DNA of 64,000 nucleotides from a virus, in UHGV virus genome UHGV-0185973. One strand, 5' to 3'. A model generated the notes under the pieces. The model saw only the letters and a list, made by a program, of their open reading frames with translations. It was not told the DNA's origin and did not search any database. How positions within the stretch are numbered: the first letter of the stretch is position 1; every line of letters begins with the position of its first letter. The position numbers and the translations under genes were made by a program. Below are positions 8,594 through 17,289 of the stretch, in pieces.

Positions 8594-9712
8594 ATGACTA
8601 CTAAGACTAAAGCACAAATTGATGCAGAAATCTATGCACTGGTTCAGGAAGGTAAACTGACCAAGACTGCAATTGCAATGAAGTACAACACTTCAACTCG
8701 TTCTGTAGGTCGTGCTGTTGAGCGTCATGAAGCAGTTCTGGCTGGTAAGAAGGGAGATTCAAAACCTGTTAAAACTCTGAAGGGTCTTGCAAAGACTGCT
8801 AAGAAAGCTAAAAAAGCTTCTGTAGCAAAACCTACCAAAGTTGCTAAAGCAGTTGAAAAGGCTGTTAAAACAGAACCAGTAAACGCACTGCATGAGGCAA
8901 TGCAGAGTAATACTCAAATTGAGTACATGATTACTGGAGACTCTGTTATTATGACGTTTGGTGCAGAATCTGAGATTGTTGAATCAACTCATCCAAACTT
9001 CACAGAAATCAAATTGGCAGTTGTAGCAGGTGAGTACAAGAAAGCTTTTGAATTGATGAATATTCGTAAAGCTATCGAAAACTTTACTCAGGGTGCTATC
9101 ACAATCAAAGGTGACAATCTGTACTACGGTGCTGTCCAAATGCGTTCTACTCTGGTTGACCGTATTCTGGATATGATGAAGAATGGCGATGCAGGATTTA
9201 CCCGTCTGGTAGCGTTCTTCGAAAAACTGATGGAAAACCCATCAAAAGACTCTGTAGAACAACTGTGGGGCTTCGTATCACATCTGGACGTAGAGATTGA
9301 CGAAGAAGGTTATATCATCGGTTGGAAGAAAGTCACTAGCCGTAATGGTAAGTTGTTTGACTCTCGCACCTGCAAAGTACCTAATGATTTGGGTAACATT
9401 GTAGAGATGCCTCGTTGGATGGTTGATAACAACCGTAACGTAACTTGTTCACAAGGACTGCATGTTGGTGCTTGGGATTATGTAACAAGCTTCTCAGGTG
9501 ATACGATTCTGAAAGTACGTGTTCACCCACGAGATGTTGTTTCAGTACCAACTGACTACCAAGATATGAAAATGCGAGCTTCACGCTATGAAGTAGCAGC
9601 AATTGTAAATGGTCGTCGTGAAGTTGTGAAAGAGTGGGATGGTAAAGAAGCACTCCATGTTGTTGTCGGTACTGCTGGTGAATTGATTTCTAAGCGCAAC
9701 CGTGAAATCTAA
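8594..9712 (+). CDS. rIIB: rIIB protein
   Basis: C-terminal half (LVDRILDMMKNGD..., CSQGLHVGAWDY, VRVHPRDVVSVPTDYQDMKMRASRYEV) matches conserved rIIB motifs. Confidence 0.85.
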   Translation: MTTKTKAQIDAEIYALVQEGKLTKTAIAMKYNTSTRSVGRAVERHEAVLAGKKGDSKPVKTLKGLAKTAKKAKKASVAKPTKVAKAVEKAVKTEPVNALHEAMQSNTQIEYMITGDSVIMTFGAESEIVESTHPNFTEIKLAVVAGEYKKAFELMNIRKAIENFTQGAITIKGDNLYYGAVQMRSTLVDRILDMMKNGDAGFTRLVAFFEKLMENPSKDSVEQLWGFVSHLDVEIDEEGYIIGWKKVTSRNGKLFDSRTCKVPNDLGNIVEMPRWMVDNNRNVTCSQGLHVGAWDYVTSFSGDTILKVRVHPRDVVSVPTDYQDMKMRASRYEVAAIVNGRREVVKEWDGKEALHVVVGTAGELISKRNREI

Positions 9713-9727
9713 TCAGTAAATTCTTAA

Positions 9728-9756
9728 AAGGGCTGCTTCGGCAGCCTTTTTTATTT
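9728..9756 (+). terminator. rho-independent terminator
   Basis: GGGCTGC-ttcg-GCAGCC(T) hairpin followed by TTTTTTATTT. Confidence 0.7.
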
Positions 9757-9782
9757 GTGATTTGTGCAGAATAGTGTATAAT
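9755..9782 (+). promoter_or_regulatory. sigma70-like promoter (TTGTGA-N16-TATAAT)
   Basis: Perfect -10 TATAAT at 9777-9782; -35-like TTGTGA 9755-9760. Confidence 0.45.
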
Positions 9783-9813
9783 TACCCCTATGTTTAATAA
9801 AATAGGAGAACCA

Positions 9814-10362
9814 ATGAAGAAATTCATTTTAGGTTTGTGCTTACTTTTTACAGCACAAGTAGCTGTGGCAACTGACTGCCCTGAGTTAACTATCAGCCAG
9901 AAAGTAAACATGCTTAAAGCTTACAACTATGGCGAAAACAAAATGGGAAAAGGTTGGGGTGTTACACTTGCAGCTATAGCCTTACAAGAGTCAGAGTTAG
10001 GTCTTAACCTAGAAAATAGAAAGACACATGATTATGGCATCTTCCAGAATCACTTGAAGACTGTTGTAAAGCGTAACAAAGTTAACCCTAATGTAGCTAG
10101 GAAGAAGCTTATCAGAGACTTTCAATATGCTGCACAGGAGACTCACAAAGAGCTTGAATTCTGGACTAAGGTACATGGTACACCAAAAGGAAAGAAGTCT
10201 CTTAAGAAGGTATTAGCCTCTTACAATGCAGGGTATAACTACAGTATTCCAAAAGCTAGACAGTACTCTAAAGATGTGTATAATAACATGCAAGTGCTTG
10301 CTCAATGTGAGTTTGCAACAAACATTCAAAAGGTAAAACATGAACGTATTAAGTCAATCTGA
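9814..10362 (+). CDS. secreted lytic transglycosylase-like protein (SLT domain)
   Basis: AGGAG RBS 5 nt before ATG 9814; signal peptide MKKFILGLCLLFTAQVAVA; AIALQESELG...YGIFQ matches the SLT catalytic-Glu motif. Confidence 0.6.
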   Translation: MKKFILGLCLLFTAQVAVATDCPELTISQKVNMLKAYNYGENKMGKGWGVTLAAIALQESELGLNLENRKTHDYGIFQNHLKTVVKRNKVNPNVARKKLIRDFQYAAQETHKELEFWTKVHGTPKGKKSLKKVLASYNAGYNYSIPKARQYSKDVYNNMQVLAQCEFATNIQKVKHERIKSI

Positions 10363-11035
10363 TAGCGTCCTGTGTCATGCTTATGATATTCAACCACTTG
10401 ACTTAGGTCTTAGTGCAGCAAGCTGGACAGACTGGATGAAGGAAGATTTTGCAGATACTGCAAGGATTGTTGAGTGTGAATTTGAAGAGTTCCATTCACC
10501 AAAAGCTTTTGTCTGTTGTATAGATGTGACCACTGGAAAGGTCGTATCTGTAAAGCGTGATAGTTTGATACTTGTCGCAAAAGAATTTGACATTAAACGT
10601 AAGATGGTACTCACTGATATTGACGGTGTGCTAACACGATTTGATAAGTCACTGAATGCAACTTACTTGCAAGATGGTACTAAATCACAGTACACCAATC
10701 TGGTTGATTCTGTTCATGCAGAAGCTACTTATGTGTTTAACATCCTGAGAGCTATCTCAAAGAATGCTGATATTGGTGTATTAACTGCTCGTGGTGATTC
10801 ACAAAGAATCCCTACTGAGTTGTTTTTAAACGAACATCTTGACAGCATGTACTCACTATTTATGCGAGGATTTGGATGCAATAAGATGAGTGCAGAAAGT
10901 TTGAAAGTTCGTATGATTCAGTCTTGCATTCTCCCATACTATGACGTAGAATGCTTTATAGAAGATACAGTAAGGAATGTGCAGAAGGTTAACAGAATCC
11001 TTCCACATATTAAAACAATGATTGTTAAACACTAA
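10340..11035 (+). CDS. HAD-superfamily hydrolase-like protein
   Basis: HAD motif I MVLTDIDGVLT. Confidence 0.5.
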   Translation: MNVLSQSDSVLCHAYDIQPLDLGLSAASWTDWMKEDFADTARIVECEFEEFHSPKAFVCCIDVTTGKVVSVKRDSLILVAKEFDIKRKMVLTDIDGVLTRFDKSLNATYLQDGTKSQYTNLVDSVHAEATYVFNILRAISKNADIGVLTARGDSQRIPTELFLNEHLDSMYSLFMRGFGCNKMSAESLKVRMIQSCILPYYDVECFIEDTVRNVQKVNRILPHIKTMIVKH

Positions 11036-11047
11036 GAGAGAGAAATC

Positions 11048-11512
11048 ATGCAAAACATTATCACTGTAGCAATTGATGCAACTGGTAACAAATCACAGGT
11101 TGTACGTAACATCATCAAGGAAAACTTTGATGGTAAAATATTTCGTGCAGTAAACGTCAAAGCTGACGGAGAAATCCGTGAATATCGTGCAATGCTTAAC
11201 GTTACTAAGCATGTCAAAGGTGTTGGTTCAACCACGGCACATAAAGAAAACCTGATGACTATCTATGATATGGGTATGGCTTCAGAGTTGGGTGCTGAAG
11301 GTATTGTAAAGTCTGGTGCTCCGTACCGTTCTTTCAATCTGGAAACTGCTCTTATGCTTTCCTTTACAAGTGGTGCTAAGACTACCACGTATCTCTTTAC
11401 CGATGCTGCAACGGTATCGGCTATCAAGGATAGTACTATCAAGGCTGGCGTTTCTGCTGCTGCAAAAGCGTCAACGATGGCTGCAAATGTCCTTGCTAAA
11501 GTCCTCGGTTAA
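11048..11512 (+). CDS. hypothetical protein
   Basis: ORF with GAGAGAGA RBS; Ala/Ser/Thr-rich C-terminus. Confidence 0.5.
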   Translation: MQNIITVAIDATGNKSQVVRNIIKENFDGKIFRAVNVKADGEIREYRAMLNVTKHVKGVGSTTAHKENLMTIYDMGMASELGAEGIVKSGAPYRSFNLETALMLSFTSGAKTTTYLFTDAATVSAIKDSTIKAGVSAAAKASTMAANVLAKVLG

Positions 11513-11523
11513 GGTTACTATAT

Positions 11524-11548
11524 AGGCTCCTTCGGGAGCCTTTTTAAA
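11524..11548 (+). terminator. rho-independent terminator (GGCTCC/GGAGCC family)
   Basis: AGGCTCC-ttcg-GGAGCCT followed by TTTTT. Confidence 0.7.
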
Positions 11549-11563
11549 TTTCAAGGAGTACTA

Positions 11564-12448
11564 ATGAAGCCAATGTTCAAATATCTTGGTGGTAAAACAA
11601 GAATACTAAGAGAGTATGAGCGTTTAAATGTTTTTCCAAGCCACTGTAAAAACTTCTATGATTTGTTTTCAGGTGGAGGTTCAGTCGCTATTTGGGCTTA
11701 TAACAGATACCCAGAAGCAAAAATATTTATTAATGAGATAAACAAACACATTATAGGTCTTTACACAACTTTCAGAAATGACTATGAAAACTTCATGGAA
11801 GAATTTGAGTGCTTGTCAAAGAGGTACTTAGCATTACCTATGCAGGAAGAATATGCTGTGAAAGGTCAGCGACATAAACGTTTACGCTATAAAATGTATT
11901 ACAGTGTAAGGGAGGAACTCCTTTCACTTGGTGAAACAGGTATATATGACTATAGGTACTATGCAAGACAATTTTTCCTTCAAAAACTAAGTTTTGGTGG
12001 TGTATGGCAGACCACTAAAGAAATGAAAGGTCACTACGCAACACCTTGTGGGTATTTGCTGGAAGAAGAGATTTTCTTTACAAAAACTAAAGAGTCACTA
12101 TCCGAGTTCTACAGTTTTATCACCGATAAAAGGGTGATACTAAGTAGTGAGCCTTATGATATGGTTGACATAAAACATGGAGAAGGTACAGTTATTTACT
12201 GTGACCCCCCATATATCAACACCAACCAGAAATATGGTGCAAAGTTTGACATTGAAATGTCTGTAAAACTATGTGAAAATATGATTTCTTGGGGAGAGTT
12301 AGGTTCTAAAGTTTTGATGTCAAACTCTCAGTGGGATGGATGGACAAACTTAATCCCTGAAAATTTTAACTTGACAGAGGTTAGCCATTCATACACAATA
12401 CATGCACAGAGAAGCAAGGGTGTTAGCGAAGTAATTATTCATAACTAA
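11564..12448 (+). CDS. dam: DNA N6-adenine methyltransferase (Dam-like)
   Basis: AAGGAG RBS; SAM-binding motif DLFSGGGSV and catalytic IYCDPPY in the order typical of Dam-type enzymes. Confidence 0.75.
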   Translation: MKPMFKYLGGKTRILREYERLNVFPSHCKNFYDLFSGGGSVAIWAYNRYPEAKIFINEINKHIIGLYTTFRNDYENFMEEFECLSKRYLALPMQEEYAVKGQRHKRLRYKMYYSVREELLSLGETGIYDYRYYARQFFLQKLSFGGVWQTTKEMKGHYATPCGYLLEEEIFFTKTKESLSEFYSFITDKRVILSSEPYDMVDIKHGEGTVIYCDPPYINTNQKYGAKFDIEMSVKLCENMISWGELGSKVLMSNSQWDGWTNLIPENFNLTEVSHSYTIHAQRSKGVSEVIIHN

Positions 12449-12459
12449 GGTATCAAACC

Positions 12460-13272
12460 ATGACAAACAGTGTAAATGTAGCTCTAAACGGTAAGATTGT
12501 TAAAATGCAGACTAAGATTATCAGCGTAGAAGACTTTATTAATGAGAAACGCTACAAGGAAAATCCACGTCAACGAAATACATTAAAACGACTTAAGAGC
12601 AAACACCTTAATGGTGATGTATCACCAGACCAAACAGTTGTCCATATTGCTAAATTCGGTAGTTCACTGTTTATTATTGACGGCCACTCACGCAGAGAGG
12701 CATGGAAAGTTGGGAACCTTACACGACCAGAAGGATTGATTGCAGTTATATACCATGTAAACTCTATACTAGATGTTACAGATTTGTACACTCACTTTGA
12801 CTCTGAGTTAGCAAGAGAGAAACCTTCAGAAGTCTATTACGGAAACATGAAGATGATTTCCTTCAATCCAAAGTCAGAGTTGATGAAAGCATCTTGGGCT
12901 ACTGCTATTAAGTATGTTGCTGCATACTATGGGGTGCAACAGGTTTCTAACACTGAAACAGTCAATCACCTTGATGACTTTAAAAATGAGATGGAGCAAA
13001 TTGACTCTCTTGAAGTACAGCTCAAAGGTGTAGTAAACGCAAAACGTAAGTATTCCTCTGGTATTCGTGCAGCAATGCTAATTACATTACGGCTATATGG
13101 TGATGCTGCATTCTCCTTCTGGGAGGACTATAATGACTACTGCGAAGGTATGTCTAACAAATATGTTACAGAGGCATACCAACTAGCATTGCAAGCTGGT
13201 CGTGGAGCACAGGCTGACAAGCTATTGATGAATCAAGTAATTTCACTTGTCAACTACTTCAGCCAAGAGTAG
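12460..13272 (+). CDS. ParB/Srx-fold (DGQHR-like) domain protein
   Basis: Motif LFIIDGHSRREAW resembles the [IV]DGxxR signature of ParB-like nuclease / DGQHR domains. Confidence 0.4.
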   Translation: MTNSVNVALNGKIVKMQTKIISVEDFINEKRYKENPRQRNTLKRLKSKHLNGDVSPDQTVVHIAKFGSSLFIIDGHSRREAWKVGNLTRPEGLIAVIYHVNSILDVTDLYTHFDSELAREKPSEVYYGNMKMISFNPKSELMKASWATAIKYVAAYYGVQQVSNTETVNHLDDFKNEMEQIDSLEVQLKGVVNAKRKYSSGIRAAMLITLRLYGDAAFSFWEDYNDYCEGMSNKYVTEAYQLALQAGRGAQADKLLMNQVISLVNYFSQE

Positions 13273-13277
13273 TACAC

Positions 13278-13300
13278 AGGCTCCAGAAGGAGCCTTTTTC
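13278..13300 (+). terminator. rho-independent terminator (GGCTCC/GGAGCC family)
   Basis: AGGCTCC-agaa-GGAGCCT followed by TTTTT. Confidence 0.7.
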
Positions 13301-13320
13301 GTTTATGTAAGGGGTACATT

Positions 13321-13422
13321 ATGATTAAAGTTATCAAGATAATACCATCATTGGTAATGCTCATAGTAGGGGTAGGTATTATACTTATGCTTTGCCCTGC
13401 TTTTTGGCCTTTTATCTTATAA
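13321..13422 (+). CDS. small hydrophobic peptide (33 aa), not in ORF track
   Basis: AAGGGG RBS; product MIKVIKIIPSLVMLIVGVGIILMLCPAFWPFIL is a single predicted TM helix. Confidence 0.3.
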   Translation: MIKVIKIIPSLVMLIVGVGIILMLCPAFWPFIL

Positions 13423-13441
13423 TAGTCTAGGAGATTGACAA

Positions 13442-13789
13442 ATGACATTCAAAGAATTTTGTCAAGCAGCTTTTGTAATCATGTTTTTGTTAGGTGTAGG
13501 TGCTTGGGGTGGCTATACTTACAAGACTAGCCAAGTTAACGAGAAAGAGTTGACTAATCAGAAGCTTGTTAGTGTTGCTAAGGATGCTTACCAAGAAGGT
13601 TTAGCAAATCTTAGCGCTAATTACAAAAATGATTTGAAAGATGTGCTTGCTAAAAACAAACACACAAAAGAGGTATTGACCTATGAAAAAACTAAGACAG
13701 AGTTTTATAATATTTGTGCTACTGAGCCTTATGTCAGGGTGTTCAACCTACAAAGTGAACAATACCTTCAAAAACTCCCAAGTAAGTGA
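13442..13789 (+). CDS. i-spanin-like protein (N-terminal TM helix, helical periplasmic domain)
   Basis: AGGAG RBS; N-terminal hydrophobic segment AAFVIMFLLGVGAWGG then charged helical sequence; o-spanin-like ORF starts inside its 3' end. Confidence 0.45.
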   Translation: MTFKEFCQAAFVIMFLLGVGAWGGYTYKTSQVNEKELTNQKLVSVAKDAYQEGLANLSANYKNDLKDVLAKNKHTKEVLTYEKTKTEFYNICATEPYVRVFNLQSEQYLQKLPSK

Positions 13790-13952
13790 GAGTGACAAGT
13801 ACACTCAGGAAGAGACTAGGTACACTGTCAAGGGTACTAAAGGTGAAGACCTTGCTAGTGCTATGGAGTTTTACCGTGATGGATTCTATGAATGTACTAT
13901 CAAGGCAAACAATTTGATTGATATGATTTTGTTAGGGAATAAGCAGCAATGA
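13683..13952 (+). CDS. o-spanin-like outer-membrane lipoprotein
   Basis: Signal peptide with lipobox-like LSLMSGC; start embedded in the upstream ORF in another frame. Confidence 0.45.
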   Translation: MKKLRQSFIIFVLLSLMSGCSTYKVNNTFKNSQVSESDKYTQEETRYTVKGTKGEDLASAMEFYRDGFYECTIKANNLIDMILLGNKQQ

Positions 13953-14218
13953 CAGAAAAGAGTGAAACGTTTTATGTAGAAGGTTACTTACTTCTTCCAA
14001 GACCAAGTAACACTTATATGAGAATTGATTTTTTACCAACTATCATGGATGATGTAATGTGTCACCTGTTTATTCAGGGTATCACAGCACAGCTTAAACA
14101 TGTTGGAAGAGAGTGTAAGATTCGTGTTGACAACCATCCAGAAATCAACGAGAATCACTACATCTTCTTCGGTGAAGATTCTAAAGAAATCTACGCAACG
14201 TTAAAGACTAGGAAATAA
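13949..14218 (+). CDS. hypothetical protein
   Basis: ATGA start/stop overlap with upstream gene. Confidence 0.45.
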   Translation: MTEKSETFYVEGYLLLPRPSNTYMRIDFLPTIMDDVMCHLFIQGITAQLKHVGRECKIRVDNHPEINENHYIFFGEDSKEIYATLKTRK

Positions 14219-14220
14219 CA

Positions 14221-14379
14221 TGGATAAGCAAAAGCTGCTTGAACTAATTAAAGAGTATGGTGATACTCGCTACAATGTAGCTGGAGAAAGCTGTCAAGGT
14301 TCAATCGATGGTTTAACTTTCTGGGAAGAATCTTCAGAAGCAATCTTACAACAAATTAGAGAGGTTGTAACAAATGGGT
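14221..14379 (+). CDS. small hypothetical protein (52 aa), not in ORF track
   Basis: AGGAAA RBS before ATG 14221; stop overlaps next start. Confidence 0.3.
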
Positions 14380-14778
14380 GATTGTGCAGATGATGCAGAC
14401 CGTTGGGCTGAGTTGCAAGGGTTAAGACAGGAATTTAGAGAACTACTCAGGGGTTCTTCACAAGCCTATAAAGAGTACAATCAAGAAGACTTCCCTAGCA
14501 AGCCTTTGTACCTGATTCACCAAAATAATCTCATGAATGTTGGGTACAGCATGGAACAAAGGATGAAGATTTGTGTAATAAGATACTTCATTAATGAATC
14601 TGCAAAAGTTGGTGATGAAATCATTTGTCCATGCTGCAATTTGAAGTTTAAGAAGAAAACATATCAGCAAAAGTTTTGTGGAGTTAAAAAGAAAGGTCAT
14701 TCAAACTGTAAAGATTTCTTTTTCAACTTTACAAACCCAAAACGTTATGAAAGGGTGAAGTTTTTTGTGAGAGGATGA
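14374..14778 (+). CDS. hypothetical Cys-rich protein
   Basis: ORF with CPCC...C...C cluster (possible zinc ribbon). Confidence 0.45.
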   Translation: MGDCADDADRWAELQGLRQEFRELLRGSSQAYKEYNQEDFPSKPLYLIHQNNLMNVGYSMEQRMKICVIRYFINESAKVGDEIICPCCNLKFKKKTYQQKFCGVKKKGHSNCKDFFFNFTNPKRYERVKFFVRG

Positions 14779-14784
14779 TTGATT

Positions 14785-15108
14785 ATGGTAATTGATGGTA
14801 AAACATTTGTAGCTGTCTTCTCAGATAATGAGAAAGATATTGGTGTAGCCCAAGTTACATATGGTAATGGAGAGTTTTTGTATGGTGTGGTTGCTTTAGT
14901 AGGCACAAGAGGTGATACAAAGACCTTCCAAGATTGTGTACATAAGCTTGAAGAATCTGTGAGTAATCATTGGTGTCTTGTGTTTATGAACGCTGATGAT
15001 GTTAAAGAACGATATGCTAAAATTGGCATTGACATTGTTGGTATTGAACATGTAGAGTTGTACCAACTAACTGAAAAGGTGATGTATGAAAGCAATACTA
15101 GTTCGTAG
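14785..15108 (+). CDS. hypothetical protein
   Basis: First ATG of track ORF 14779 (which begins TTG); GAGGA RBS upstream. Confidence 0.45.
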   Translation: MVIDGKTFVAVFSDNEKDIGVAQVTYGNGEFLYGVVALVGTRGDTKTFQDCVHKLEESVSNHWCLVFMNADDVKERYAKIGIDIVGIEHVELYQLTEKVMYESNTSS

Positions 15109-15325
15109 TAAAGAAACTCGTGAAGTTTTAGGTGGTGCAATCATTATCCATAAGGATAGGGTTATTCCATTTATGAATCCACTATTACATCGTGATTTTA
15201 AGAGTGGTAACTTTAAACATTACTTAGATTCAAATTATATATCACAACACACTCTAGAGGTTTATAAAAGGGCTTGGGCTTCTGATGGTAGAATTTTCTT
15301 CCAAGAGGTAGTTTCAAATGGCTGA
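15086..15325 (+). CDS. hypothetical protein
   Basis: ORF with AAAAGGTG RBS. Confidence 0.4.
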   Translation: MKAILVRSKETREVLGGAIIIHKDRVIPFMNPLLHRDFKSGNFKHYLDSNYISQHTLEVYKRAWASDGRIFFQEVVSNG

Positions 15326-15518
15326 TTTCTGCAAGAAGTGTGCAATAGAACACTTTGGTGTTGATACAGGAGACTTGAAAGGTCTCTTCACCAAAGAAGA
15401 ATTTGAAGCTGGTTCAGCTATGCCAGTTATCTGTGAAGGTTGTGGTGCATTATACGTAGACCATGAAGGTAACCGTGTAAAACCATCCGAAGACATGCAA
15501 CGTTGGGAGCATTATTAA
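15318..15518 (+). CDS. small zinc-ribbon-like protein
   Basis: CxxC (CKKC) and CxxC (CEGC) pairs in 66 aa. Confidence 0.4.
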   Translation: MADFCKKCAIEHFGVDTGDLKGLFTKEEFEAGSAMPVICEGCGALYVDHEGNRVKPSEDMQRWEHY

Positions 15519-15519
15519 T

Positions 15520-16311
15520 ATGGGTATTGTAAAAATTATCAAAGGGGATATCTTTGAAGCTTTTGACAATCAGAAGTTTGATATTATTGGTCACGGTTGC
15601 AACTGCATGAATCTTATGGGTGCAGGGATTGCAGCAACAATTGCAAAACGTTACCCAAAAGCTTATGAGACTGACCAAGAAGTCTACAACCTGTTTGGTA
15701 AAGACCACAAACCAGTAGCTTTAATGCTTGGAAATCTTAGTGTAGCGCGTTTTAAGCAGGGTCGTATTGCTAACCTATACACTCAGTTAGTTACTGGTAA
15801 AGATGCCCGTTACAATGCTTTAGAGGCTGCTTTAGAGCGACTAAACAACTACTGCAAAGTCAATCAGCTTAAGAAGGTTGGCTTACCAATGATAGGTGCA
15901 GGGATTGGTGGTCTTGATGGTATGGCTGTGCTATCTATCATTAACCAGACCATGAAGGATGTTGATGTTTACATGTACATCTATGAAGATAAGATGTTCA
16001 AGGAACTGACTAATCCTAAGTCTGGTTGGGAGAATCACAGTGAACCACAATTCTTCGATGGTGTTGCAAAGGTTGAAGAAGATGTAGTTACCCTGTGGGT
16101 GAAGCGTAAAGGGAAGGTACATAAAAGTAACCCTCCGGTTGAGAAGTATTCTCTAAGTAACGCTCTAGTTACCCACCCGTTGGCAGGGCATTGTATGAGA
16201 GGTGTAACATTTGGTGATGATGCTAATGTGTATATCCTTGCAAGCAACGACAAAGATGCTGAGGAAGCACTTTCCTGTGAAGTGATTAAGTTTGTAGAAG
16301 CACGTAACTAG
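15520..16311 (+). CDS. macrodomain protein (TARG1/DarG-like) with C-terminal extension
   Basis: N-terminus IKGDIFEA...FDIIGHGCNCMNLMGAGIAATIAKRYP matches the TARG1/OARD1 pattern (H-C-x-x-D-C-x-MGAGIA); about 100 aa of unassigned C-terminal sequence. Confidence 0.6.
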   Translation: MGIVKIIKGDIFEAFDNQKFDIIGHGCNCMNLMGAGIAATIAKRYPKAYETDQEVYNLFGKDHKPVALMLGNLSVARFKQGRIANLYTQLVTGKDARYNALEAALERLNNYCKVNQLKKVGLPMIGAGIGGLDGMAVLSIINQTMKDVDVYMYIYEDKMFKELTNPKSGWENHSEPQFFDGVAKVEEDVVTLWVKRKGKVHKSNPPVEKYSLSNALVTHPLAGHCMRGVTFGDDANVYILASNDKDAEEALSCEVIKFVEARN

Positions 16312-16383
16312 ATAGCTCTGTAGTAATACTCACAATAGCTTTAAGCCTTTCTTACTCAAGCATTCAGCAAGGTAAGGAGGGCT

Positions 16384-16565
16384 TTTTCATTTCAAAAACG
16401 TGCAGGTGTAGTGCTATAGAGAAATCTGTACAGCAATTTCTGAACTCCAAAGAGAAAAATCATTTTAGAATTGTGCAGGTCAACTCCAAAGAGCTTTTTC
16501 ATTTTCAATCTGTGCAGATGCAGTTGGACTCCAAAGGGAAAATTCATTTTCAATTTGTGCAGGTA
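16384..16565. repeat. imperfect tandem repeats, about 40-45 bp unit, 3-4 copies
   Basis: Repeated ACTCCAAAGRG ... TTTTCATTTTCAAT.TGTGCAGRT units at about 16400, 16472, 16511, 16556; they produce the spurious minus-strand ORF 16392-16703. Confidence 0.6.
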
Positions 16566-16737
16566 GGTAGCTATAGGAAGCCAGCCCCACCATCCCCTCT
16601 TACTCCCCTTCCTCCCAAAAGTCAAGAGAAAAATTTGTAGAGAACTGAAAAATAATTCTTGACTAGTTTTCTGTTTTCTGTTAGTTGCGTACACGCGTTT
16701 CATTCACAACTTTCCAAAAATATTTTTAAAAATTTTC

Positions 16738-16766
16738 TTGACTCTATGAATCCAGTTTTGTAGTAT
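16738..16766 (+). promoter_or_regulatory. sigma70-like promoter (TTGACT-N17-TAGTAT)
   Basis: TTGACT 16738-16743, TAGTAT 16761-16766; upstream of the first cassette ORF. Confidence 0.5.
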
Positions 16767-16819
16767 TTGCATCAACGGGGCAAGCAAGCCCCAACAATCC
16801 TAAACTGGAGAATCTAAAA

Positions 16820-17203
16820 ATGAAAAAATACTACATGCCTAAATTCATCAAGAAAGAAAACTTTCGTAATGCTCTGGAAAAATCTATGGGCGAACAATTC
16901 AAAGGAAAAATAATTGTTGTTCACGCTTACAATTTTAAGTATGATGTGAATGGAAACAAGATAAACCATTATACCGCTACAATGTTAGATGGTACACTAT
17001 CAGGAGAAAAAGCCGTCATAAATGCACTTGCTGGACGTGGAAAAACTCTCATCCGTTGCGATAAACGCCGCTATCAGGGTAGTGCTTATGGTTATGAAGA
17101 TGCAATCTATCATCTTGATAACATGGGTTACAATGTCGAAAAAGCTGGCGTATCTCAAATGATTGGCAGTGATGGCTATGTAACAATCTTTGAAATTAAC
17201 TAA
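16820..17203 (+). CDS. hypothetical protein (cassette ORF)
   Basis: Preceded by conserved CCTAAACTGGAGAATCTAAAAATG context. Confidence 0.55.
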   Translation: MKKYYMPKFIKKENFRNALEKSMGEQFKGKIIVVHAYNFKYDVNGNKINHYTATMLDGTLSGEKAVINALAGRGKTLIRCDKRRYQGSAYGYEDAIYHLDNMGYNVEKAGVSQMIGSDGYVTIFEIN

Positions 17204-17289
17204 TAAAGTACTTTACATGGGGTTTATAGTTCGATAGGATAAGCCCCAGATAAAGAACTTTATCACTAACCTAAACTGGAGTTTTAAAA

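Noticed and set aside
16392-16703. 103-aa minus-strand ORF
   Set aside because: Its periodic peptide (KMNFPFGVQLH / KMKKLFGVDLH / KMIFLFGVQKL) merely reflects the tandem DNA repeat of this intergenic region; no RBS.
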